A stretch of DNA of 64,000 bases. Source: an uncultured Alphaproteobacteria bacterium. Its GTDB lineage: Bacteria > Pseudomonadota > Alphaproteobacteria > Rhizobiales > Xanthobacteraceae. The translations under genes were made by a program, and so were the position numbers. Positions 1 through 8,617 of the stretch are shown here, one piece after another; the stretch's first letter is position 1, and each line of letters begins with the position of its first letter. The notes beneath the pieces are model-generated. The model saw nothing but the letters and a program-made list of their open reading frames with translations, made no database searches and was not told the origin of the DNA. The DNA is taken from assembly GCA_963778925.1 (NCBI GenBank), contig CAVZWE010000020.1, positions 137,087-201,086 on the forward strand. The letters run 5' to 3'.

Positions 1-48
1 GATTGTGCGCTGGATGAAAGAGCCTTCCCCTTGAACTATCGCGCGGTT

Positions 49-62
49 TTGACCTGCATCAA
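49..62. promoter_or_regulatory. FixK/FNR-type box TTGACCTGCATCAA
   Basis: Exact TTGA-N6-TCAA, about 80 nt upstream of the ATG at 143. Confidence 0.6.
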
Positions 63-142
63 CGCCGGGGCTGATGGGGGCGAGCAATCTCAAACGCCGG
101 CTTTTTTGGCTGGCATTGCCTCCATTCGATGAGGAGAGAGTA

Positions 143-493
143 ATGCAAACGCCAGTTGAAATAGAATTTCAGGAGATGGTTGCCAGTCCCGCGGTTCAGG
201 ACATGATCGCGGACCATGTGAAGAAGCTTGAGCAATTCTATGGCCGCATTACCGCATGCCGGATCGTCGTCAAGGGGCCCGGCGATCGTCACAAGACCGG
301 CGGCCTGTATGACATCAAGATTCGACTGGCGCTGCCGGATGGTCGCGAAGTCGATATCGGGCGGACGCCGAAGGCTGACGAGCGACATTCGGATTTGCAA
401 TTCGCCATCAACGATGCGTTCAAGCGGGCAGGCAGGCGACTTCAGGACAGCGCGCGGCGTATGGAGGGAATGGTCAAGAGCCATCAGGGTTGA
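143..493 (+). CDS. HPF/RaiA family ribosome-associated protein, apparently lacking the usual C-terminal cold-shock domain
   Basis: MQTPVEIEFQEM...GRITACRIVVKGP...AINDAFKRA; RBS GAGGAG before ATG 143. Confidence 0.75.
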   Translation: MQTPVEIEFQEMVASPAVQDMIADHVKKLEQFYGRITACRIVVKGPGDRHKTGGLYDIKIRLALPDGREVDIGRTPKADERHSDLQFAINDAFKRAGRRLQDSARRMEGMVKSHQG

Positions 494-522
494 ATTCAAA
501 ATCAAGCACCTGTTTTGAGATC

Positions 523-750
523 ATGACAAAAACACAAGCAAAACAACTGGTCGTTTGCGTGGAAAACGATGGTTATGCGGTCTCGCTTGAGAAACGCAAA
601 ATCTACGTGGCGCTCCGCGATGCGGCAGCCGGGAAGCACAATATGCTGCGGATTGTCGATGAATCCGGCGAGGACTACCTCTATCCAAAGGCATTCTTCC
701 GTTCGATCGCGCTGCCGCAAGCTGTCAGAAGGGCTGTGCTGGCGGCGTAG
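523..750 (+). CDS. Small hypothetical protein of a type usually downstream of a RelE-like toxin (probable orphan antitoxin)
   Basis: VCVENDGYAVSLEKRKIY...LRIVDESGEDYLYP; preceded by a short VEFKIKHLF* remnant (489-518). Confidence 0.6.
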   Translation: MTKTQAKQLVVCVENDGYAVSLEKRKIYVALRDAAAGKHNMLRIVDESGEDYLYPKAFFRSIALPQAVRRAVLAA

Positions 751-771
751 CCCGTTGGGCGGGTTGGCCGA

Positions 772-1083
772 TCAGGCCACTTCCAGCGTCGGAATTTTCC
801 TGATCTCCTCTCCAAGCTCCTGCTGCGCCCGATGCAGATCGTACCGCCTTTGCAGATTGAGCCAGAGATCGGGACCGTTTCCACACAGCTTGCCGAGCCG
901 CAACGCCATGCCTGGGGTGACCGGCTGCTTCTCCTTCAGGACGTCATACAGCATCTGACGCGAAACGCCGAGCAGCCTGGCGATCTCCGTCCTGGGCCGA
1001 TCGAGCGCCGGCAAAATTTCCTCGCGCAGAAGTTCGCTGGGATGCATCGGCGGCAAGCCTCGCTTCGGGAGCTTTCTGGTCAT
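772..1083 (-). CDS. higA: HigA family addiction-module antitoxin (HTH)
   Basis: PPMHPSELLREEIL...IARLLGVSRQ...VTPGMALRLGKLCGNGPDLWLNLQ; start chosen at ATG 1083 after GAGG. Confidence 0.85.
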   Translation of the reverse strand: MTRKLPKRGLPPMHPSELLREEILPALDRPRTEIARLLGVSRQMLYDVLKEKQPVTPGMALRLGKLCGNGPDLWLNLQRRYDLHRAQQELGEEIRKIPTLEVA

Positions 1084-1112
1084 GAATCTGACCTCATCGA
1101 TAGCCGTGGTTC

Positions 1113-1559
1113 TCACCGCTCCTCTCGCAAATCGCGCGAGGTCAGCTTTACTTTGCGAGTACGATGCCATGCGGCGAAGGCCTTGATGACCTGATCGAAG
1201 AAACGCGGCGGCAGGAAGCCATAATCGTAGCGATCACTGCGGCCGATTTTCCGAAGATCATAGCCCGGCCAATCGAATTCGTTGCCCTCTGAAACAACGA
1301 TCCAGGAACGCTCGTCGTCAAGTCCGAGATGACGCTTAACCGCGGCGGGAATTTCGACGGCGCCGTCGGGATCGGCGGTAGGAGAGTGCGTGATCGGCAG
1401 AACCACAACGACCGTTGTGTCATTCGCCGGGCGCTCGACCGCAAGCACGATCACGCTCGGGCGATCTTTTCGCCCTTCTTCCCCTCCCGCTTCGTGTTCG
1501 TGGTGCCATAGATAGGCATAGGATATGACAAGGCCCGGTTCGGGCGTGGGGATCGGCAC
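1113..1559 (-). CDS. PemK/MazF-like type II toxin (growth inhibitor)
   Basis: PGLVISYAYLW...EGRKDRPSVIV...VLPITH...SWIVVSEGNEFDWPG. Confidence 0.75.
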   Translation of the reverse strand: MPIPTPEPGLVISYAYLWHHEHEAGGEEGRKDRPSVIVLAVERPANDTTVVVVLPITHSPTADPDGAVEIPAAVKRHLGLDDERSWIVVSEGNEFDWPGYDLRKIGRSDRYDYGFLPPRFFDQVIKAFAAWHRTRKVKLTSRDLREER

Positions 1560-1564
1560 GCCCG

Positions 1565-1834
1565 TTATTTCGGCTCAAGCAGGGCATCGAGATGCGCATG
1601 CCGCTCGTCCATGCGTGAGGTGCCGATGGCCTGGGCTCTCTCGTCGGACAACTCGGCCGTGGCAAAGCTGCGGCGACGCTGCTTGAAACGGCGGAATTCT
1701 TCGTACTCGTCCGGCGCAACGAAATAGCCCGTGATCGATCCGTGGCTCGATACTGCCACGGCCCCTCGCTGGGCGAGCATTCGGTAGCGGCCAAAGTTCC
1801 GGGTGAACTCCGAAGCCGGGATGGTGTCAGCCAT
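1565..1834 (-). CDS. Phd/YefM-like antitoxin
   Basis: IPASEFTRNFGRY...AVAVSSHG N-terminal Phd pattern; directly upstream of the PemK-like gene. Confidence 0.75.
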   Translation of the reverse strand: MADTIPASEFTRNFGRYRMLAQRGAVAVSSHGSITGYFVAPDEYEEFRRFKQRRRSFATAELSDERAQAIGTSRMDERHAHLDALLEPK

Positions 1835-1865
1835 ATGCAGGTGTCCTCTATTGCGACCCCAATAT

Positions 1866-1897
1866 ACGTAAGTTACGTGAAAAGCGCAAGTTACGTG
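1866..1897. promoter_or_regulatory. Probable autoregulatory operator of the phd-pemK operon
   Basis: Palindrome ACGTAAGTTACGT (1866-1878) and direct repeat AAGTTACGTG at 1870 and 1888. Confidence 0.45.
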
Positions 1898-2017
1898 TTT
1901 AAGGTCGGTAGCATGGAGAAGCTGTGCAAGACGGGAGAAAATGCCTGTGAAACACCAACATAACCATTTTTAAGGTAATTCTGATGTAGACCACTATTAC
2001 CATAATGGAGTAATTAA

Positions 2018-2785
2018 ATGACGCCCGCCCAATGCCGAGCTGCTCGTGCCCTGCTTAACTGGTCGCAAGACGATCTGGAAATCGCAGCTCGCGTGTCAAA
2101 GAAAACCATCGCGGACTTTGAGCGGGATCAGCGTAACCAGCAGTCTCGAACTATAGAAGCGATTGAGGTTGTGCTGATGGCGCACGGAATAGTTTTCATT
2201 CCTCAAAATGAGGAGGGCGAAGGTGTGCGAAAACGCTCTTCAGTGCCACGTCTCCTTAGGCGGGAAGACATTGGTCATCGTGAGTGGGTAGCGTTTTTGT
2301 TTGACTACAAGCAGAACCGAGTCACGAGTTTCATAAGATACCAAGCACTTAGTTCGATCGCCCTAGCAAACCTCGAACCTCTCGCAGCCTTTGACCGCGA
2401 CGTCGCCCGAATTCTGATGTGCGCGGCAGAAAAGTTTGACAACGATGATCTTGATCCGGAAGGGCGGGTGTTGATCGCGCGAGGAGATCTTGCGCCCATT
2501 GAATTTGATCCAACAGTCGAGGTGGATCCCAAACAACGCGTTCCCCTGCATCTGATTTGCCGGCGCCCCTTCCTAAGTTCGAATGGCACACAAATCGAAG
2601 CTGTCGACTATAATGGCTTCCGAACAGTGACCGCTTCGGGAAAAACAAAATCATTTCTAAAACTTCGCCCGGGTGATTCGGATCACGATGCGATCGACGT
2701 CACCTCCGAGGCAGCCGCCGGCACGTTCATTATGAGTGAACGCAATGGAGAGGGTTCCCCAGCTTCATCAAGGAAGGGAAAGTAA
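2018..2785 (+). CDS. XRE-family HTH protein with long C-terminal extension
   Basis: MTPAQCRAARALLNWSQDDLEIAARVSKKTIADFE HTH followed by ~180 aa of unassigned sequence. Confidence 0.75.
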   Translation: MTPAQCRAARALLNWSQDDLEIAARVSKKTIADFERDQRNQQSRTIEAIEVVLMAHGIVFIPQNEEGEGVRKRSSVPRLLRREDIGHREWVAFLFDYKQNRVTSFIRYQALSSIALANLEPLAAFDRDVARILMCAAEKFDNDDLDPEGRVLIARGDLAPIEFDPTVEVDPKQRVPLHLICRRPFLSSNGTQIEAVDYNGFRTVTASGKTKSFLKLRPGDSDHDAIDVTSEAAAGTFIMSERNGEGSPASSRKGK

Positions 2786-2800
2786 CGTAGGACATCGATC

Positions 2801-2841
2801 GTAGCTGGTACCACGACTTTATAGCGGGCCTGCGGCCCTAC
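2801..2841. repeat. Truncated GTAG...CTAC REP-like element
   Basis: Starts GTAG, ends GCCCTAC, between the XRE and MtlR-like genes. Confidence 0.35.
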
Positions 2842-2900
2842 GAAGCTTACCTCCAGCTGTATTCGTAAGATACCTTCCTATTGTTCACATAGGTGCCCCA

Positions 2901-3434
2901 ATGGCGCGAATGACATACGAAGATCACAAGATCGCAATTGACGAAATCCAGGATTTTCCAGATCGCGCCGCAGCTATCGTAGCTGCCGCCATACTCGAAA
3001 GCACATTGGAAGAAGGCATCGCGAATCGCCTTCTCCCAATGTCCAACACGCACCGGGATGCGCTGTTTGGGGGAGAAGCATCATTTGCTACATTTTCTGC
3101 CAAAATAAGCCTCGGCCTTTCCCTTGGCCTATATGGTAATAAAACAAAGACGGACCTCAGCTTGATCCGCAAAATTAGAAATGAGTTCGCTCGCCATGCA
3201 AACCGCTCGTTCGAGCATCCGGAGATCTCTAAGCACTGTGCGCTGATTACAAATTACCGAACCGAACCCGAGCCCGAACCAATAGCGCCAGAAGTTGCCG
3301 CCTTCTACGCCAAATTTCCTAGAATAAACCTTCGATGGAGATTTTTGTATGCCACGTCTGCAATTGGGCTCGGCATTCTACGAGAAACGAATGATAACGG
3401 GCGCGCTCCACCCAATCCAACAATATTGGCCTAG
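2901..3434 (+). CDS. MtlR/MltR-like protein (HEPN fold)
   Basis: DRAAAIVAAAILE, TFSAKISLG and RNEFARH (R-x5-H) motifs. Confidence 0.7.
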   Translation: MARMTYEDHKIAIDEIQDFPDRAAAIVAAAILESTLEEGIANRLLPMSNTHRDALFGGEASFATFSAKISLGLSLGLYGNKTKTDLSLIRKIRNEFARHANRSFEHPEISKHCALITNYRTEPEPEPIAPEVAAFYAKFPRINLRWRFLYATSAIGLGILRETNDNGRAPPNPTILA

Positions 3435-3450
3435 CGGCTTTCATTTTTAG

Positions 3451-3622
3451 GTAGCCCGTGGGGCAAAGTTAGCCGAGGTGTAACCCGCCGGTTTCTCGTC
3501 GGTGAGCGGCGGATTACGCTGTGCTAATTCGTCCTACGGGCTTCCCAATTATCGCTCGATTGAGCCCAGTAGATGGCGTTTAGCCAAGAGCGTAACCCAG
3601 TTCTTTATTGCCCCGCCCTACG
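3451..3622. repeat. Two GTAG-type REP-like palindromic doublets (BIME-like)
   Basis: GTAGCCC...GTAACCCGCCG / CGGCGGATTACGCT...CCTACG (3451-3540) and GTAGATG...GCGTAACCC / CCGCCCTACG (3569-3622). Confidence 0.6.
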
Positions 3623-3659
3623 GCCCTAAACAACATTCCGACGCCTTATCAGAAATCTC

Positions 3660-4505
3660 TTATGGTTCATGTTTGCCGCCGCGGCCTCGCCGCTTAGGAC
3701 GACCGGACGCGATTCCGGGAGCTAAAATCCTCAAATCTCGGATTGCCATTGCGTACCCACGGCCAGCATACGAATGGAAGTTATCAAATGTTATGATTTG
3801 GTCCCCAGTATTTTCAGGCGAGTACCAGGAAGAAGCTTCGCCATCTCGAGGAAGAGTTGCAGTCAAAATATTTGGACCAATCGTGTCACCGGATTTTGGG
3901 TTTGCAGCGGCGCGGACCACAATCGCATGACATTTTCCTTTTGTAGCGATCGCATCTTTCTGGGAATCAATCAGTTCATTGAGCTCTGGCATTTCCCGCG
4001 CGCCCACACCGGAACGAGCGCCGTAACATCCCGTCCAGCTGAAAGACGAATCCTTTCCAACAATTTTGGTCAAGATGAATTCATCGAGCACACTGGGAAA
4101 GAGTTCCTTGTGATCCTCGAAGTTCGAAAGCAAAAACAGGCTAGACTGGTTATTGACGAAGCCACAAAGAACGATGGTTAGCCGCCGTTGATCTGCTGAA
4201 AGTTTGGCGAGGTCGGCGTTGCCCTTGAATTCGGTCGTGATTTTCCGGACGAGGAGGCTCATCACTTCTGTTGTCTCGACCCAAGGCTGAGCCATTTCGG
4301 CCAATGCAGACAAGAGCCATTCCCTAGTTTCAAAGCCATTCCACTTCGCCAAACCTGTATATGCGCTGATAAGTCTTCCGTCATAGAATCGGTAGTTCCC
4401 TATTTTTGGGGAGCGATCGTCTACCAATTTTCCATTCCAACTCAGCCGGGTGTCGGAAGCGAGAACGACGTATTCCGCATTCCCGCCTCCGACGATGAGC
4501 GTCAT
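3660..4505 (-). CDS. Ntn-hydrolase, proteasome beta-subunit-like Thr protease
   Basis: After Met removal: Thr1, Asp17, Arg19 and Lys33 at proteasome-beta spacing (TLIVG...VVLASDTRLS...SPKI), then a TG motif. Confidence 0.7.
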   Translation of the reverse strand: MTLIVGGGNAEYVVLASDTRLSWNGKLVDDRSPKIGNYRFYDGRLISAYTGLAKWNGFETREWLLSALAEMAQPWVETTEVMSLLVRKITTEFKGNADLAKLSADQRRLTIVLCGFVNNQSSLFLLSNFEDHKELFPSVLDEFILTKIVGKDSSFSWTGCYGARSGVGAREMPELNELIDSQKDAIATKGKCHAIVVRAAANPKSGDTIGPNILTATLPRDGEASSWYSPENTGDQIITFDNFHSYAGRGYAMAIRDLRILAPGIASGRPKRRGRGGKHEP

Positions 4506-4549
4506 TGATGGTCCCCCGGTACAACTCTATCTGAAGTCTTGCGATCACC

Positions 4550-4654
4550 ATCTGGTTCGCGCGCTACGATCCGCCGTCCGCCAAAGGAGCCCCAGGCGCA
4601 GGCCGCCCCATCGCCGATGAACTGCGGATTACGCTGTCGCGAACCAGCCCTACG
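4550..4654. repeat. GTAG-type REP-like doublet
   Basis: GCGGATTACGCTGTCGCGAACCAGCCCTACG with inverted partner GGTTCGCGCGCTACGATCCGCC. Confidence 0.5.
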
Positions 4655-4671
4655 AACGCGTAACGGAAAAG

Positions 4672-6634
4672 TCAGTTCGGCTTCGCGTCCCCGACCGCCG
4701 CCGGCGCACTCGCAGGCGCCGCCGCATCCGGCGCCGCCGCCTTCTGCCCGCCGCCGGTAAACCGCTCCAGCACCGAGCGCAACTGGTCGCGCGTCTTGCG
4801 GTCTTTCACCGCGTCGAGCAAAGGCGCGGAGGCCGGCGAGCGGCGGATCAGGCTTTCCGGATCGGGGAAGATCAGGGGATCGTCCCACGGGCCCTGCACC
4901 ACGAAGGGCAGGTCGAAGCCGGGCGTGGTGTTCGGCGCCGAGACCAGGCTGGCGATGCCCTTCATGTCGTATTCGCGCGCAGGCACCGAAGCGGTGCCGG
5001 TCAGGGTCAGGCGCGCCGCCGGGCCTTCGACGCGGATGTCCTCGGCGGTGGCGATGCCGTCGGCGAATTTCATCGAAATGGTGAGGTTGTCATAGGGCGT
5101 CGAGCCGGAGCGGAAATTGCCGGCGCCCGACAGCGGCCGGCGCTCCAGCCGCTTCAGAAGCTGCTCGGCGTTGAAGCCGGCAATCGCGCCGTCATGGCCG
5201 GTCAGGGTCGCGGTGCCGTCGAGCGAGGATGCCAGCCCGAACGGGCTCGAGCCGGAGGCCACCAGCGAGACGTTGAGGTTGCCGCGGCCGGACAGCTTTG
5301 GTCACGCCGAACAATTCGCTGGCACAGGCCTGCAGGTCGACGTCGGTGAACTGGAACTGTGCTTTCACATCGGCGACCGCGTCCGAGCGCGCGACGCCGA
5401 ACGAGCCCTTGGCGATGCCGCCATAGATCTGCGCCTCGCCGATGGACAGCGCCAGCGCGCCGCCGCGCAAATTGGCGCCCAAGGCCGTGCGGCCGAGTTT
5501 CGAGGAGCCGACGGTCAGCTTCGCCGCCGACAGCCGCATGTCGAGGTCGGTGGTCGACAGCGCGTTGAGGTCGAACAACTGCCGGTTCCAGTCGCGCGCG
5601 CCGCTGGCGAGCAGGCGGAAGGTGGAGATATAGGGGGTGAAGTCGAGCGCGTCGGCGGCCAGCGTCGCCTGCAGCGTCTGGCGGCCGTTATTGGCGTAGG
5701 TCATCACGCCCTCGGCGACATTGCCGTCGAGCTCGACATTGACATTGGTGAGCGCGATCGAGGGGCCGACCACATTGGCGCGCGCCTTCAGCGCGAAGCG
5801 GCCGAAGCCGCCGGCGCCCGGCGGCGCCTGGCCGGCCCAGCGCAGCGCGTTGCGCAAGGACGGGCTGTCGATGGTCAGCGTGCCCTCCATCATCGCGCTG
5901 GTGCGGTTGGCGACCGCGCCGTCGAACGCCAGTTTTAGCGGCGCGCTGGCGAGCCGCGCCTTGACCCCGGAGCGATCGCCGGACAGCGCCGCAAGAAAGT
6001 CGCTGGCCGAGATCGAGCCGTCGACGCGCTCGCCGCGCCAGTCGAACTGGCCCGTGGCGGCAAAGGAGCGCGAGATCGAGGGCCAGGCCAGCGACAGGTC
6101 GATGTCGTCGAGGTTTTCGGAGACGTGACTGGCGGCGTCCTCGTAAGCGAGCACGCCGTCCTGGATCCGGATTTCCGAGAACGACACCTGATTGTCGGCG
6201 CCGGGCTTCATCGCGCGCGCGATGGTCTGGATGAACGGCGCCCAGTTGCTGCCGCCATCGGCATCCCTGACGATGCGGATATGCGGCCGCAGCATCATGA
6301 CGTCGGAGATCTCGAACCGGTGCAGCAACAGCGGCAGCAGCCGCAAATTCGCGGTCATCACGTCGACCGAGAGCGCGGGGTCGGCGGTCGCTCCGCCCTT
6401 CAGCCCGACGTCATGAAACGAGACGTAGCTTGCGGGAAACACCGAGACCTCGATTGGGCCCTTGACCAGGAGGTCGAGGCCGGTGACGGCGCGGATCTGT
6501 GCTTCCACCGCGTCGCGCAGCGCGTCCCGGTTGAGAAACCATGAGGTCGCGACCAGGCCGACCAGCGCCAGGCCGAGCAGCGCCGCAACCGGCGTCCCCA
6601 GGCGCTTCATTCCTTGGGCCATCGTCAATGACAT
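4672..6634 (-). pseudogene. asmA: AsmA family protein, split by a +1 frameshift at 5297-5299 (real or sequencing error)
   Basis: Two consecutive AsmA ORF pieces; removing one T of TTT restores GVTKLSGRGNLNVSLVASG; span is 3n+1. Confidence 0.8.
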
Positions 6635-6884
6635 ATCCTGATCGGCCCGATGCCGTGGGGTCGCGCTGTCGATTAAGAAGCAGGCAGGGTGCGTGACGAA
6701 CTCGGGATAACCCTGGTCCGGCAATTTACACTGCCCCCTCGGCAATGGCCGACCGGGACGCCTTGCCAACACCGCCAACTTGCTCGGTTTTCTTGACGCT
6801 TTCAAGGCCGTACTGGCGTTCCGCACCGGCTGGTGGACCGCCAAAATTTTCGGACCGGGGCGAATCGTAGTCACAACGGCCACA

Positions 6885-6999
6885 TGGTTCGAGACGCCGC
6901 GCCTCCGCCCTTTGGGCTACGGCGGGCTCCTCACCATGAGGGTTTAAGACCTCATCCTGAGGAGCCGCACTCTTGTGCGGCGTCTCGAAGGATGAAGCC
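6885..6999. repeat. Rhizobial intergenic palindromic repeat (CCTCATCCTGAGGAG...GTCTCGAAGGATG family)
   Basis: Near-identical second copy at 34285-34382. Confidence 0.8.
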
Positions 7000-7117
7000 A
7001 CCGCACAGGAAAAATGCGCCAGCCGCCTGTCATTGACGCACTGCGAAGAATTCGCCTAATAATCGCTGTTTCGAGGGCTTGCCGTCAGCGCCTCATCCTC
7101 CATCCAGGTCGTATTTC

Positions 7118-7846
7118 ATGAACAAGGTCTATCCCGACGCCAAATCGGCCCTCGACGGCCTCCTGAAGGACGGCATGATGATCATGTCCGGCGGTTTTGG
7201 TCTCTGCGGGATTGCCGAGACCTTGTCCGATGCGATCCGCGACTCCGGCGTGAAGAACCTCACCGTGGTCTCCAACAATGCCGGCGTCGACGGCATCGGA
7301 TTGAGCCGGCTTCTGGAGACGCGGCAGATCAGGAAGATGATCTCCTCTTACGTGGGCGAGAACAAGCTGTTCGCCCAGCAGTTCCTCGCCGGCGAACTGG
7401 AACTGGAATTCGCGCCGCAAGGCACCCTGGCCGAGCGCATCCGCGCCGGCGGCGCCGGTATCCCCGCCTTCTACACCAAGACCGGCGTCGGCACATTGAT
7501 CGCCGAGGGCAAGGAAGTGAAGGAATTCGACGGCGAGAAATATCTGATGGAGCGCGGGCTGTTCGGCGATCTCGCCATCGTCCACGCCTGGAAGGGCGAT
7601 ACCGCGGGCAATCTCGTCTACCGCAAGACCGCGCGCAATTTCAATCCGATGATGGCGACCGCTGCCAAGATCACCGTCGCCGAGGTCGAGCATCTGTTGC
7701 CGGCCGGCCAGATCGATCCCGACCAGATCCACACCCCCGGCATTTTCGTCAAGCGCATCATCCAGGTCGGCACCGCCAACAAACGCATCGAGCAGCGCAC
7801 CACGCGCAAACGCGAGGCGGCCGCCGCCGCCGGAGAGGAAATCTGA
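7118..7846 (+). CDS. scoA: 3-oxoacid CoA-transferase subunit A
   Basis: [31 protein letters not shown]. Confidence 0.9.
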   Translation: MNKVYPDAKSALDGLLKDGMMIMSGGFGLCGIAETLSDAIRDSGVKNLTVVSNNAGVDGIGLSRLLETRQIRKMISSYVGENKLFAQQFLAGELELEFAPQGTLAERIRAGGAGIPAFYTKTGVGTLIAEGKEVKEFDGEKYLMERGLFGDLAIVHAWKGDTAGNLVYRKTARNFNPMMATAAKITVAEVEHLLPAGQIDPDQIHTPGIFVKRIIQVGTANKRIEQRTTRKREAAAAAGEEI

Positions 7847-8496
7847 TGGCCTGGACCCGCGATCAAATGGCCGCGCGCGCCGCGAAGGAACTGCGCGACG
7901 GGTTTTACGTCAATCTCGGCATCGGCATTCCGACGCTGGTCTCCAACTACATCCCCGATGGCGTCGACGTGGTGCTGCAAAGCGAGAACGGCATGCTCGG
8001 GATGGGGCCGTTTCCCTATGAGGGCGAGGAAGACCCGGACCTGATCAACGCCGGCAAGCAGACCGTGACGGAGTTGCCGACCACCAGCTATTTTTCCTCG
8101 GCCGATTCCTTCGGCATGGTGCGCGGCGGGCATATCGATCTGTCGATATTGGGCGCGATGCAGGTGGCGCAGAACGGCGATCTCGCCAACTGGATGATCC
8201 CCGGCAAGATGGTCAAGGGCATGGGCGGCGCGATGGATCTGGTCGCCGGCGTCAAGCGCGTCGTTGTGGTGATGGAGCATTCCGCCAAGGACGGCCCGAA
8301 GCTGTTGAAGAGCTGCAACCTGCCGCTGACCGGCGAGAAGGTGGTCGACATGGTGGTGACGGACCTTGCAGTGTTTACCATCGACAAGCACGGCAAGGAC
8401 GGCATGGCCCTGATCGAGCTCGCCGACGGCGTCACGCTGGATGAAGTGAAGTCGAAGACCGAAGCCGAGTTTAGGGTCGCGCTGAAGAACGCGTGA
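7846..8496 (+). CDS. scoB: 3-oxoacid CoA-transferase subunit B
   Basis: [14 protein letters not shown] (catalytic Glu), GMGGAMDLV; overlaps the scoA stop. Confidence 0.9.
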   Translation: MAWTRDQMAARAAKELRDGFYVNLGIGIPTLVSNYIPDGVDVVLQSENGMLGMGPFPYEGEEDPDLINAGKQTVTELPTTSYFSSADSFGMVRGGHIDLSILGAMQVAQNGDLANWMIPGKMVKGMGGAMDLVAGVKRVVVVMEHSAKDGPKLLKSCNLPLTGEKVVDMVVTDLAVFTIDKHGKDGMALIELADGVTLDEVKSKTEAEFRVALKNA

Positions 8497-8505
8497 TTCA
8501 CTCAC

Positions 8506-8594
8506 CGTCATGGCCGGGCTCGTCCCGGCCATCCACGTCTTTCTTGCCGCTCCACGTTAAGACGTGGATGCCCGGGACAAGCCCGGGCATGACG
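8506..8594. repeat. GTCATGGCCGGG...CCCGGGCATGAC palindromic intergenic repeat
   Basis: Long imperfect inverted repeat between convergent genes, typical of Bradyrhizobiaceae. Confidence 0.8.
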
Positions 8595-8617
8595 AATTAT
8601 TTTCGTGCGGGCTGTCC

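Noticed and set aside
6635-6883. N-terminal 83 aa of the 563-aa AsmA ORF call
   Set aside because: Runs through promoter DNA; the TM anchor begins at 6634/6622
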